A stretch of 16,096 nt of DNA from Myxococcota bacterium (GCA_049969675.1 JBMFOP010000035.1:12357-28452); one strand, 5' to 3'. Shown: positions 8,183 through 16,043, counted from the first letter of the stretch. Numbers and translations are program-made. Notes: generated by a model from the letters alone, not told the origin.

Positions 8183-9136
8183 TTGGCAGAGATAATCGTT
8201 GCAAAGGAATTTGATGGGATAAAGATAGAGCGGTTTATAAAGAGGCTATATCCCGACTTCCCGATGTCGTTTATATTCAAGTTATTAAGAAAGGGGAAGG
8301 TGCGGGTAAATAAGAAGAAGGTAAGCCATAATTTCAGAATTAAGGAGAATGATTCGGTTATCCTTCATCTGCCCCCGGAGAGTCTAATCAGGGGAGAGAA
8401 GAATAGATCAGAACCAGTATATAATTTAATTGATTCGGATATAATTGATGAAAACGAACATTTTATTGCAATAAACAAACCTGCTGGATTTGCTGTACAT
8501 GGAGGGGAAGGTCATATAGAGGATACCTTCTTAAAGGCGGTGCACAATTTTTTAGGCTATAAGGAATCCTCAATGAGATTTCCACCAACCCCTGTTCACA
8601 GACTTGATATTGATACATCAGGGGTATTAATTATTGCGAAGAAGTATGAGTTTTTGAGGAAGTTCAATGAGCTGCAACGGGAGAGAAAGGTATACAAAGA
8701 GTATATCTGCCTCGTAAGTGGTGAGATGAGAGAGAAGGAGAAAGTGGTAACATCTCCGGTTATAAGAATGGACAGGCCAGAGAATCACTCCGTTGGAGAG
8801 ATAGGAAGATCCATTTTTAAACTCATTACAATCTCCTCCAGGTTTGCATCGGAGAATAGAATCTTCAGTCTGTTAAGGGTAGAACTCAAGACTGGAAGAA
8901 CACACCAGATAAGGTCACATCTGATGCAGATTGGATACCCTATCGCGGGAGATAGACTTTATGGTGATACAGAGACAAATAAATGGATTAGAGAGCGGGC
9001 TGGATTGAGGAGGCAGTTTTTACACTCTAATTGCATAGATTTTGAATATAATGGATTGAGATTTCATCTGGTAGCACAACTACCGGAAGAGTTAAGAAGG
9101 ACACTTGAAATACTTGAAATAGATTTTTCAATATAA
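8183..9136 (+). CDS. RluA-family RNA pseudouridine synthase with N-terminal S4 domain (RluC/RluD-like)
   Basis: S4-like 'LLRKGKVRVNKKK'; motifs 'INKPAG', catalytic 'VHRLDIDTSG', 'TGRTHQIRSH', 'GDRLYG', 'QFLH'. TTG start 1 nt after the CAP stop. Confidence 0.95.
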   Translation: MAEIIVAKEFDGIKIERFIKRLYPDFPMSFIFKLLRKGKVRVNKKKVSHNFRIKENDSVILHLPPESLIRGEKNRSEPVYNLIDSDIIDENEHFIAINKPAGFAVHGGEGHIEDTFLKAVHNFLGYKESSMRFPPTPVHRLDIDTSGVLIIAKKYEFLRKFNELQRERKVYKEYICLVSGEMREKEKVVTSPVIRMDRPENHSVGEIGRSIFKLITISSRFASENRIFSLLRVELKTGRTHQIRSHLMQIGYPIAGDRLYGDTETNKWIRERAGLRRQFLHSNCIDFEYNGLRFHLVAQLPEELRRTLEILEIDFSI

Positions 9137-9149
9137 AATGAGGTGAAAT

Positions 9150-10580
9150 ATGAAGAGTCTTTACAGAGCCATTATAGGGAATGAGTTTGTAGATAGCGAC
9201 GAAAAGATGGATGTAATTAATCCATATAACAACTCCCCTATTACAAAGGTGGCAATCTCAAATGATGAGATGTATCAAACGGCATTAAAAGTCGCTATTG
9301 ATGCCCAGAAAAAATATTTAAAGATGCCAGTATATGAAAGGTCATCAGTCCTTCTAAGGGCATCTGAGGAGATCTTAAAACTCAAAGAGAGTCTTGCCCG
9401 TGTAATCACCCTTGAATCAGGTAAACCCATTAAGGACTCAAGGGTGGAGGTGGAGCGTGCATCCATTGTCTTTAGAACTGCCTATGCCCTTGCGGAAGAG
9501 GAGAGGGGGGAGTTTCTCTCACTTGAAAAGAATTCTGCCTCAAAGAGACATTTTGGCATAATCAGGAGATTCCCTCTCGGTATTGGGCTCGGGATAACTC
9601 CCTTTAACTTTCCACTAAATCTGGTAGCACACAAGATAGCACCGGCACTGCTTGTTGGGAATGCAATAATTATAAAACCCTCTTCAAAGACACCAGTATC
9701 CGCATTGATGCTCGCAGACATCCTGAACAATGCCGGACTTTTACCAGGAATGCTCTCTGTATTGCCTTCACACTCCTATACGGCTGAAAGATTTTTAGTG
9801 GAAGCCGATAGAATAAAGTTTTTGACCTTCACAGGCAGTGCAGATGTGGGTTGGAGATTAAAGTCCTTAATCCCAAAGAAGAAGACCTTGCTGGAACTCG
9901 GAGGAAATGCAGCGCTGTACATAGATGATGATTCGGATTTAGATAGGGCTGTAAACAGGGCTGTGTATGGGGCATTTGCATTCTCGGGCCAGATCTGTAT
10001 CTCGGTTCAGAGGATATATGTGCATAGAGGGATATTTGATAAGTTCCTTGAGGCATTTCTTAGAGCCGTAACCGAACTGAAGATTGGTGACCCGCTCTCG
10101 GAGAATGTTGATATCGGTCCCATCATTGATGAAAAGAATATCCAGAGAATCTTACAATGGATAGATGAGGCGATTTCAGATGGTGCAAAAATATTAACAG
10201 GTGGAGAACAAATTAAAAATATTATTAAACCGACTGTAATAACAGATTCAAAGCCGGATATGAAGGTCAATGCAAAAGAAGTATTTGGACCGGTGGTCAC
10301 AGTAGAAAAGGTTGATTCCATTGAAAATGCCGTTGATATGATTAATAACTCAATATACGGACTTCAGGCGGGAGTCTTTACAAATAATATAAAAAAGGCA
10401 TTCTTTGCCTATGAGAGTATAGAGACTGGAGGGGTGATAATCAATGACATCCCCACATTCAGATCAGACAATATGCCTTATGGGGGAGTAAAGGAATCAG
10501 GTTATGGCAGAGAGGGAGTTAGATATGCAGCAGAGGAGATGACCGAGCAGAGGCTATTGGTGTTGAATCTGGATATATGA
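9150..10580 (+). CDS. NAD(P)-dependent aldehyde dehydrogenase
   Basis: Motifs 'ITPFNFP', 'KPS..TP', 'FTGS', 'LELGGN' (catalytic Glu), 'GQICIS' (catalytic Cys), 'EVFGP', 'YGGVKESGYGREG'. SD GAGG upstream. Confidence 0.95.
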   Translation: MKSLYRAIIGNEFVDSDEKMDVINPYNNSPITKVAISNDEMYQTALKVAIDAQKKYLKMPVYERSSVLLRASEEILKLKESLARVITLESGKPIKDSRVEVERASIVFRTAYALAEEERGEFLSLEKNSASKRHFGIIRRFPLGIGLGITPFNFPLNLVAHKIAPALLVGNAIIIKPSSKTPVSALMLADILNNAGLLPGMLSVLPSHSYTAERFLVEADRIKFLTFTGSADVGWRLKSLIPKKKTLLELGGNAALYIDDDSDLDRAVNRAVYGAFAFSGQICISVQRIYVHRGIFDKFLEAFLRAVTELKIGDPLSENVDIGPIIDEKNIQRILQWIDEAISDGAKILTGGEQIKNIIKPTVITDSKPDMKVNAKEVFGPVVTVEKVDSIENAVDMINNSIYGLQAGVFTNNIKKAFFAYESIETGGVIINDIPTFRSDNMPYGGVKESGYGREGVRYAAEEMTEQRLLVLNLDI

Positions 10581-11099
10581 AGAGGCTTACTCTCATCCTA
10601 ATATTTTTAGTTATTCCATTCAAACTATTTTCAGCCCCACAATTTATAGAGGTTGAGTTAAAGACAACCAATCCCATTGGCTATTCTCATCCGATTATAA
10701 TAAGAGTCTGCTCTTTTCTTACGATTATCTAAAAATTTTCTACTGGATTTAAGATACTTACTCACGATATCCCCTTCTTTGATGAATTTTCAATTGCATA
10801 TTCTTCATTTAAGTCCTCATTTTCTGATAGTTATTATGCGAGAGATGCATTTTATCTCTCTTTAGAATACAACCTCTCAATATATAAAGATATACTTCAT
10901 TTAGCCACTTTCTCAGATTTTACTACTATCTATTCCAAGAATTATAAAGATAAGAAGATGTACTATCTGGGCGCAGTGGATGGTGGAGAGGCTTCTAATT
11001 CTGGATATATTCCTGTTCAAGGGTGACTATGTAGAGGCAATAGCCTTCAATGGCAGGAGAGACCACCTATTTCTCTTCTCAGCAGGAAAGGTATTCTGA
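10577..11099 (+). pseudogene. Disrupted outer-membrane beta-barrel protein gene (not in the ORF track)
   Basis: ATG 10577 overlaps the ALDH stop (ATGA) and encodes a signal peptide MKRLTLILIFLVIPFKLFSA. There is an in-frame TAA at 10730-10732. The same frame continues KFSTGFKILTHDIPFFDEFSIAYSSFKSSFSDSYYARDAFYLSLEYNLSIYKDILHLATFSDF... to TGA 11024-11026. The +1 frame gives RLLILDIFLFKGDYVEAIAFNGRRDHLFLFSAGKVF*, ending at 11099 with a terminal-Phe beta-signal. Confidence 0.7.
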
Positions 11100-11110
11100 T
11101 TGAACAGTTC

Positions 11111-11139
11111 TTGACATTTGTGAGGTTGGATATTATATT
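11111..11139 (+). promoter_or_regulatory. Near-consensus sigma70 promoter of the metal-uptake operon
   Basis: TTGACA (11111-11116), 17-nt spacer, TATATT (11134-11139). Confidence 0.7.
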
Positions 11140-11147
11140 TGCAGATT

Positions 11148-11423
11148 GTGTGCAGTCGTGTCATTAAATTTATAATCATATTACCAATCCTTTTACACTT
11201 CAATCTCTTTGATCTTCTACACCCCGCGCATAATTTTGATTTGAGAGATAACTGCCCTATATGCCAGTTCCATTCTTACCAGAATAATGCAGATGAGGTA
11301 GAGGGTTCTCCGTCAAATTATCAGAAGAGAGAGAGAGATGAAGAGCTAATACTTTACCAGAATACAGAGTTAGAGAATCACGAATCCACTACAATATATA
11401 TTCGCGGACCTCCCAGGAACTAA
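11148..11423 (+). CDS. DUF2946/CruR-like leader protein with CxxC and a C-terminal RGPP putative arrest motif
   Basis: Hydrophobic N-terminus (VIKFIIILPILLHFNLF), HPAH...CPICQFH, a polar linker, and C-terminal IRGPPRN. The track's TTG 11139 overlaps the -10 box, so in-frame GTG 11148 is preferred. Confidence 0.75.
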   Translation: MCSRVIKFIIILPILLHFNLFDLLHPAHNFDLRDNCPICQFHSYQNNADEVEGSPSNYQKRERDEELILYQNTELENHESTTIYIRGPPRN

Positions 11424-11463
11424 TAATCTTAAAAAATTATATTCTCAAACTATTTCAGGAGGT
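11408..11463 (+). promoter_or_regulatory. Putative SD-sequestering RNA hairpin
   Basis: ACCTCC (11408-11413, in the Gly-Pro-Pro codons) is the exact reverse complement of the SD GGAGGT (11458-11463) of the ATG at 11470. Confidence 0.6.
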
Positions 11464-11469
11464 TATATT

Positions 11470-12756
11470 ATGAAGTTTTATCTTACATCTTTATTGATTT
11501 TATTATCACCATTGGTTGTTATTGCACAATCCCAGAATGAGAATCCATTTATTCAGAATAAATTTAATCCGGATATCTCTTTGATTGCAGATTTTTCATT
11601 TATAAGCAGTGATATAAAGGATGATTCAAGAAAAGAACTTGAGGTTCCGGAATTTATGCATCATCCACCTCACTCCCATATGAATAAAGATAGGGGGCTA
11701 CATTTTAACTATCTGGAGATGGCATTTATAGCACCTGTTGACCCTTACTTTGACTTCGTAGCCATATCTACAATAGCACCGGGACATGGAATAGAACTTG
11801 AAGAGGTATATGCCGATGCAAAATTCATACCGTATGGATTTGGATTGAGGGTCGGGCAGTTCAAGAGCGCAATCGGCAGACACAATTCAAAACATGCACA
11901 CAATTGGGACTTTTATGATTCACCGGTAATTTATGATGCCCTTCTCGGGAGTGAAGGTCTATCCGATGTAGGTCTCAGATTGACATATACATTCCCTGTA
12001 GATTTTTATCTAATGCTCGGAACTGAAATATATAACGGCTCATTTGAAGAGGCTGTCTCATTTGGAGCAGATGGTTATACATTCTTAAATAAAGAGGTTG
12101 AGCCAGCAAAGAAACCCTCTGTATACACGGGCTTTATCAAGACATCCTTTGATGTAGATGACCATATATTTTTGCTTGGCTCTTCAATAATTTATGGACA
12201 CTCAAATCTCATACATTCACATCACCATGAAGGCGAAGAGGCAGAAAATCCAGACCATGCCATATCCGCTGATGGGACACTGCTTTATGGTTTTGACCTG
12301 ACATACAAATATATTATTGATGCATATCGCTATCTATCTCTGGAAGGGGAGTTCTTAAGCAGAATCATAGATGGAACATTATATAAGTTAAATGACAATG
12401 GGAGCCCTGATAATATAAACGATGATTTTGCAGATGAATTAGAGTTGCATAAGATAAATTCTGGACTATATGCCCAATTGACCTTCAAATTTGACAGGAG
12501 ATGGAGAACTGGCATAAGAGCAGATTACCTCTTTAAGCCCTCAATTGAGATAAATAAAGAGAAAAAATCTATTGATTTGGAACCACTGTATAAAATCTCC
12601 TATATGATTGAATATAACTTTACGGAATTCTCAAGGCTGAGGGCTCAATACAACTATGACCATTTGAGATATTTTGAGGACCGACTGCTCCCGATTCAGG
12701 AGTTTATAATAAACTTCAATCTCGCAGTTGGTTCACACGGCGCTCACGCATTTTAG
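11470..12756 (+). CDS. His-rich outer-membrane beta-barrel, putative metal porin (family often annotated 'zinc-regulated outer membrane receptor')
   Basis: Signal peptide; motifs 'FNPDISLIAD', 'ELEEVY', 'RVGQFKSAIGRHN.KHAH.WDF.D.P', 'EFSRLRAQY'; C-terminus 'GSHGAHAF'; His clusters HHPPHSH and HSHHHE. Confidence 0.8.
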   Translation: MKFYLTSLLILLSPLVVIAQSQNENPFIQNKFNPDISLIADFSFISSDIKDDSRKELEVPEFMHHPPHSHMNKDRGLHFNYLEMAFIAPVDPYFDFVAISTIAPGHGIELEEVYADAKFIPYGFGLRVGQFKSAIGRHNSKHAHNWDFYDSPVIYDALLGSEGLSDVGLRLTYTFPVDFYLMLGTEIYNGSFEEAVSFGADGYTFLNKEVEPAKKPSVYTGFIKTSFDVDDHIFLLGSSIIYGHSNLIHSHHHEGEEAENPDHAISADGTLLYGFDLTYKYIIDAYRYLSLEGEFLSRIIDGTLYKLNDNGSPDNINDDFADELELHKINSGLYAQLTFKFDRRWRTGIRADYLFKPSIEINKEKKSIDLEPLYKISYMIEYNFTEFSRLRAQYNYDHLRYFEDRLLPIQEFIINFNLAVGSHGAHAF

Positions 12757-12771
12757 CCAGGGAGGTGTTTT

Positions 12772-13668
12772 ATGAAGCGATTTATATTATTCTCATTCAT
12801 CCTTTCTTTATTTGCATTCAGTGCCTTTGCAGAGGAGAAGGTCAATGTCATAGTCTCATATCCATATCAGGCATCCATTGTGAAAGAGATCGGCAGAGAG
12901 ATTGTGGAGGTATCCACCCTCGCAAAGGGGACAGAGGACCCGCACTTTGTGGTACCAAAACCATCCCTTATAGGAAGGCTCAGGCAGGCAGATATTCTAT
13001 TTATCAATGGGGCATCTCTTGAGGTAGGTTTTGTTCCACCACTCTTAAAGCAGGCAAATAATCCAAAGATTAATCCAGGTGCAGACTACCTCATTGACCT
13101 CTCAAAGAGGGTAGAACTCATTGACAAGCCAGATAATGTGAGCAGGTCTGAGGGAGATATCCATCCTGAAGGGAATCCTCATTACCATCTGAGTTACAAC
13201 AACTTCCCTAAGATTGCTGAGGGGATAAGAGATGGCTTGGTGAAGGTTAGACCTGATAAGAAGGAGTTTTTTGAGAGGAATTTTTCAGAACTTATGAAGA
13301 GATTTGAGGAGAATAAAAAGAGATGGGATGAATCCTTAAAGAAGATAGAGGGATGTAAACTGATTCAATATCACAGGATGTTTAATTATGTAGCAAAAGA
13401 TGCAAAGTGTACAATATTTGCAGAGATAGAGCCAAAGCCCGGAATTCCACCTACTGCAAAACATATAGAGGAGGTCATTGAGAAGTCAAAGAACGAGAGG
13501 ATATTAAAGGTCATCGGAGATGATTACCATGAGACTAAATCTGTAAAGAGGCTCTCAGAGGAGATGAAGGTCCCCTATATAATTTTACCGCACGATGTAA
13601 ATAGTCTTGATGAGGTCAGAGATATCTTTCAGATGTATGATATAATCGTGAGGAGACTTACAGAATGA
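12772..13668 (+). CDS. Metal ABC transporter substrate-binding protein (ZnuA/TroA, cluster A-I)
   Basis: Signal peptide; motifs 'EDPHFV.PKPS', 'NGASLE', 'GDIHPEGNPHY', 'YH..FNY', 'EPKPGIPPT..H'. SD GGGAGG at 12760-12765. Confidence 0.9.
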   Translation: MKRFILFSFILSLFAFSAFAEEKVNVIVSYPYQASIVKEIGREIVEVSTLAKGTEDPHFVVPKPSLIGRLRQADILFINGASLEVGFVPPLLKQANNPKINPGADYLIDLSKRVELIDKPDNVSRSEGDIHPEGNPHYHLSYNNFPKIAEGIRDGLVKVRPDKKEFFERNFSELMKRFEENKKRWDESLKKIEGCKLIQYHRMFNYVAKDAKCTIFAEIEPKPGIPPTAKHIEEVIEKSKNERILKVIGDDYHETKSVKRLSEEMKVPYIILPHDVNSLDEVRDIFQMYDIIVRRLTE

Positions 13669-14420
13669 TTGACATCCTGTTGACCAGCTTCTTATTTGCT
13701 ACGGTCCTTTTAGGTATTCATTCATATTATGGAATTCACATCATAAGGCGTGGTATAATCTTTACTGACCTTGCCATAGGGCAGATGGCGGCGCTTGGCA
13801 CCGCCATCGCCTTTCTATTTTTTGAGGGGAGATTTCACTATCCTATCTCCTTAAGTTTTGCACTGATAGGGGCATTTTTGATAGCCCTTACTGCAAAGAA
13901 GAAGATGAGTCATGAGGCATTTATCGGTCTCATCTATGCACTCGGTATCAGTCTTTCAATAATCGTTCTCTCAAAGAATCCACATGGAACCGAAGAGGTT
14001 CAGAAGCTAACCGCGGCAGATATACTATTCATTACCCGGGGAGAACTAATCAAGACCTCCATTCTATATGCGATAATAGGGTTATTTCTCTTCTTTGTGG
14101 TGGAGAAGATTCGGGGGACATTAAAGGAGATTCTCTTCTTTACATCATTTGCGATAACAGTCACCAGTTCAGTAAATCTGGCTGGGGTTCTGGTGGTATT
14201 CTCTATACTTGTTGCACCAGCCTACATAATGTCATTCTTCTTTGAAAAGTTTTCTACAAGACTCATATCTGCGTGGATATTTGGAATAATAATCAATGTA
14301 ATGGCAATATTAATCTCATACTTCTTTGACCTGCCAACAGGTTATACCATTGTAGCCTTCTATGCCCTATCAGGGATTCTGGTCTCTCTGTTCTGTAAAT
14401 GTAGCAAAAACGGTGATTAA
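13665..14420 (+). CDS. Metal ABC transporter permease (ZnuB/ABC-3 family)
   Basis: Multi-TM protein with 'G.HIIRRGIIF.DLAI.Q.AALG', 'EAFIG..YA', 'VT.SV..AGVLVVFS.LVAPA', 'DLPTG'. ATGA overlap with the SBP gene. Confidence 0.9.
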   Translation: MIDILLTSFLFATVLLGIHSYYGIHIIRRGIIFTDLAIGQMAALGTAIAFLFFEGRFHYPISLSFALIGAFLIALTAKKKMSHEAFIGLIYALGISLSIIVLSKNPHGTEEVQKLTAADILFITRGELIKTSILYAIIGLFLFFVVEKIRGTLKEILFFTSFAITVTSSVNLAGVLVVFSILVAPAYIMSFFFEKFSTRLISAWIFGIIINVMAILISYFFDLPTGYTIVAFYALSGILVSLFCKCSKNGD

Positions 14421-14427
14421 TTTTTGG

Positions 14428-14455
14428 TTGAAATAAGAAAATTTTGGGCTATATT
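14428..14455 (+). promoter_or_regulatory. Putative sigma70 promoter for the secreted-protein/tdk pair
   Basis: TTGAAA (14428-14433), 16-nt spacer, TATATT (14450-14455). ATG at 14466. Confidence 0.45.
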
Positions 14456-14465
14456 TCCATCTGTT

Positions 14466-15284
14466 ATGAAAAAGGTTATACTTTCAATATTCTTAATTAT
14501 TCTTTTCGTGAGAACAGGGATTTCAGCCCAGTTGTTTTATATGTACTCTACAGATTATAAGAAGGATGAGAATGACCCTTACAAATATCACTTTTCAAAT
14601 GCATTTGATAATGATGAGAAGACACTCTGGTGTTTTGAGCATTCTCCCGGCGGGAGGGAGGAGATAATCCTCTACTTCCCAAAGACAGTAGAACTTAAGA
14701 GGATTACAATCAAGAACGGTATCAATCCAAAGATAAATAAGGATATGAATGCAGGTGGTGTAAAGGAGATAGAACTGATAGGAGAGTTTTCAAAGAATAC
14801 AATCTATCTGGAGGAGAACCTGCTCTCAAAATCTCTCTCACTCCTGCCGCCCATCGCTACCAATAGGGTGGTGATAGCTATCACCGATGTATATAACAAG
14901 GAATCAGACCTCATCTGTATCAGGGATATTCAGATAATGGGAACACCAGATAACCTCATCTCAACCGCCTCTCCAAAAATATATAAGCAAAAGGCAGAAG
15001 AATCCAGATTCTGGGGTAAATGGCAGGGAGGTACCTCTGAGGGGGCATATGAGAAATTTATATTTCTGGGGATGGAGGGAAATTACCTCTTTGTATATTC
15101 ACCATTTGACCCGGATTTAAAGGGATTTAAGGCAAGTGGGACATACAGTATTAAAGACGATGAACTTATAATTAAATATAAGGATGAAAAGATAGTTGGG
15201 AAATTTCAGGATACAGATTCAGCACGGCAGAGATTAATCATAGAGGATGACCGATTTAAGGGGACATACTATTTTGAACCATAG
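14466..15284 (+). CDS. Secreted hypothetical protein with a discoidin/F5-8-type-C-like (galactose-binding-fold) domain and a C-terminal beta domain
   Basis: Signal peptide MKKVILSIFLIILFVRTGISA. 'NAFDND.KT.WC......E.I.L.F...V.L..I.I.NG' is a typical discoidin-like pattern. Start moved from 14424 to ATG 14466. Confidence 0.65.
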   Translation: MKKVILSIFLIILFVRTGISAQLFYMYSTDYKKDENDPYKYHFSNAFDNDEKTLWCFEHSPGGREEIILYFPKTVELKRITIKNGINPKINKDMNAGGVKEIELIGEFSKNTIYLEENLLSKSLSLLPPIATNRVVIAITDVYNKESDLICIRDIQIMGTPDNLISTASPKIYKQKAEESRFWGKWQGGTSEGAYEKFIFLGMEGNYLFVYSPFDPDLKGFKASGTYSIKDDELIIKYKDEKIVGKFQDTDSARQRLIIEDDRFKGTYYFEP

Positions 15285-15292
15285 GAGAGCAT

Positions 15293-15859
15293 ATGCATCT
15301 TCAACCAAAAGATGTTGGATGGATAGAGGTAATATGCGGGCCGATGTTCTCGGGAAAGACTGAGGAGCTAATCAGGAGATTGAAACGGGCTAAGATAGCA
15401 AAACAGAGGGTGATAATCTTCAAACCTTCCATTGATAAAAGGTATCATTCTAAGAAGATCGTCTCTCACTCTGCACAGGAGCTTGATTCCATTGCTGTTA
15501 AGAGCTCCCGAGATATATTAAGACTTGTTCCACTCGGCACAGATGTGGTGGGGATTGATGAGGCGCAGTTTTTTGACAGAGGTATAATAAAGGTCGCACG
15601 CCATCTTGCTGATAGTGGTATTAGAGTAATAATTGCCGGACTGGATCTGGACTATAAGGCAGACCCATTCGGGCCTATGCCACAACTGATGTGTATGGCT
15701 GAATATATTACAAAGAATCTTGCAATCTGTATGAAATGCGGCAATCCAGCCTCATTTACACAGAGGGTCAGTGGCCATCAGAAGCAGATTCTCGTGGGAG
15801 CAACGGATAGTTATGAGGCGAGATGCAGGAAGTGCTTCAAACCTTATGTGGATAAATAA
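15293..15859 (+). CDS. tdk: Thymidine kinase
   Basis: P-loop 'GPMFSGKTEELIRR', 'FKP.ID.RY', 'GIDEAQFF', 'AGLD.D...PFG', Zn site 'C..CG..A' and 'YEARCRKC'. SD AGGAG upstream. Confidence 0.97.
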   Translation: MHLQPKDVGWIEVICGPMFSGKTEELIRRLKRAKIAKQRVIIFKPSIDKRYHSKKIVSHSAQELDSIAVKSSRDILRLVPLGTDVVGIDEAQFFDRGIIKVARHLADSGIRVIIAGLDLDYKADPFGPMPQLMCMAEYITKNLAICMKCGNPASFTQRVSGHQKQILVGATDSYEARCRKCFKPYVDK

Positions 15860-15870
15860 GCACGGTGGAA

Positions 15871-15898
15871 GTCCAATGACCATAGTCCATAGACCATT
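15871..15898. repeat. Four tandem heptamers (consensus GWCCATA)
   Basis: gtccaat-gaccata-gtccata-gaccatt, abutting the stop codon of the four-helix-bundle fragment. Confidence 0.75.
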
Positions 15899-15899
15899 G

Positions 15900-16043
15900 C
15901 TAATTTTTAAGAGAGTTTCTAAGACTTTGTATCATTTTTATTATTCTCTCTGTTTCATCATAAAATTTCTGAAAGATTTGGAGATCAATTAAACCACGAT
16001 TCTTGGCAATAAACAGGCTGGCTACAACTTCAATTCCAGACCT
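15900..16043 (-). pseudogene. 3' part of a four-helix-bundle protein (23S rRNA IVP / bAvd-like family), apparently disrupted
   Basis: RSGIEVVASLFIAKNRGLIDLQIFQKFYDETERIIKMIQSLRNSLKN* matches the family C-terminal half (A.GS..E....L..A.....I.........I.KM...L...L). Family-like sequence in this frame stops at about 16043, where the dispersed repeat begins. Confidence 0.7.

Noticed and set aside
10730..10732. Programmed readthrough or recoding of the OMP-like ORF
   Set aside because: The stop is TAA, a further frameshift is needed, and the product is still short for this kind of barrel; decay is simpler.
11100..11160. Zur/Fur box at the metal operon promoter
   Set aside because: No convincing palindrome found by eye; a lineage-specific box cannot be excluded.
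5275..13022. Short antisense or off-frame ORFs overlapping SCP2, ADH, CAP, RluA, ALDH, porin and ZnuA genes
   Set aside because: Wholly or largely overlap confident genes; no family signatures.
15771..15992. 73-aa plus-strand ORF
   Set aside because: Overlaps the tdk 3' end and is antisense to the four-helix-bundle fragment; no motif.
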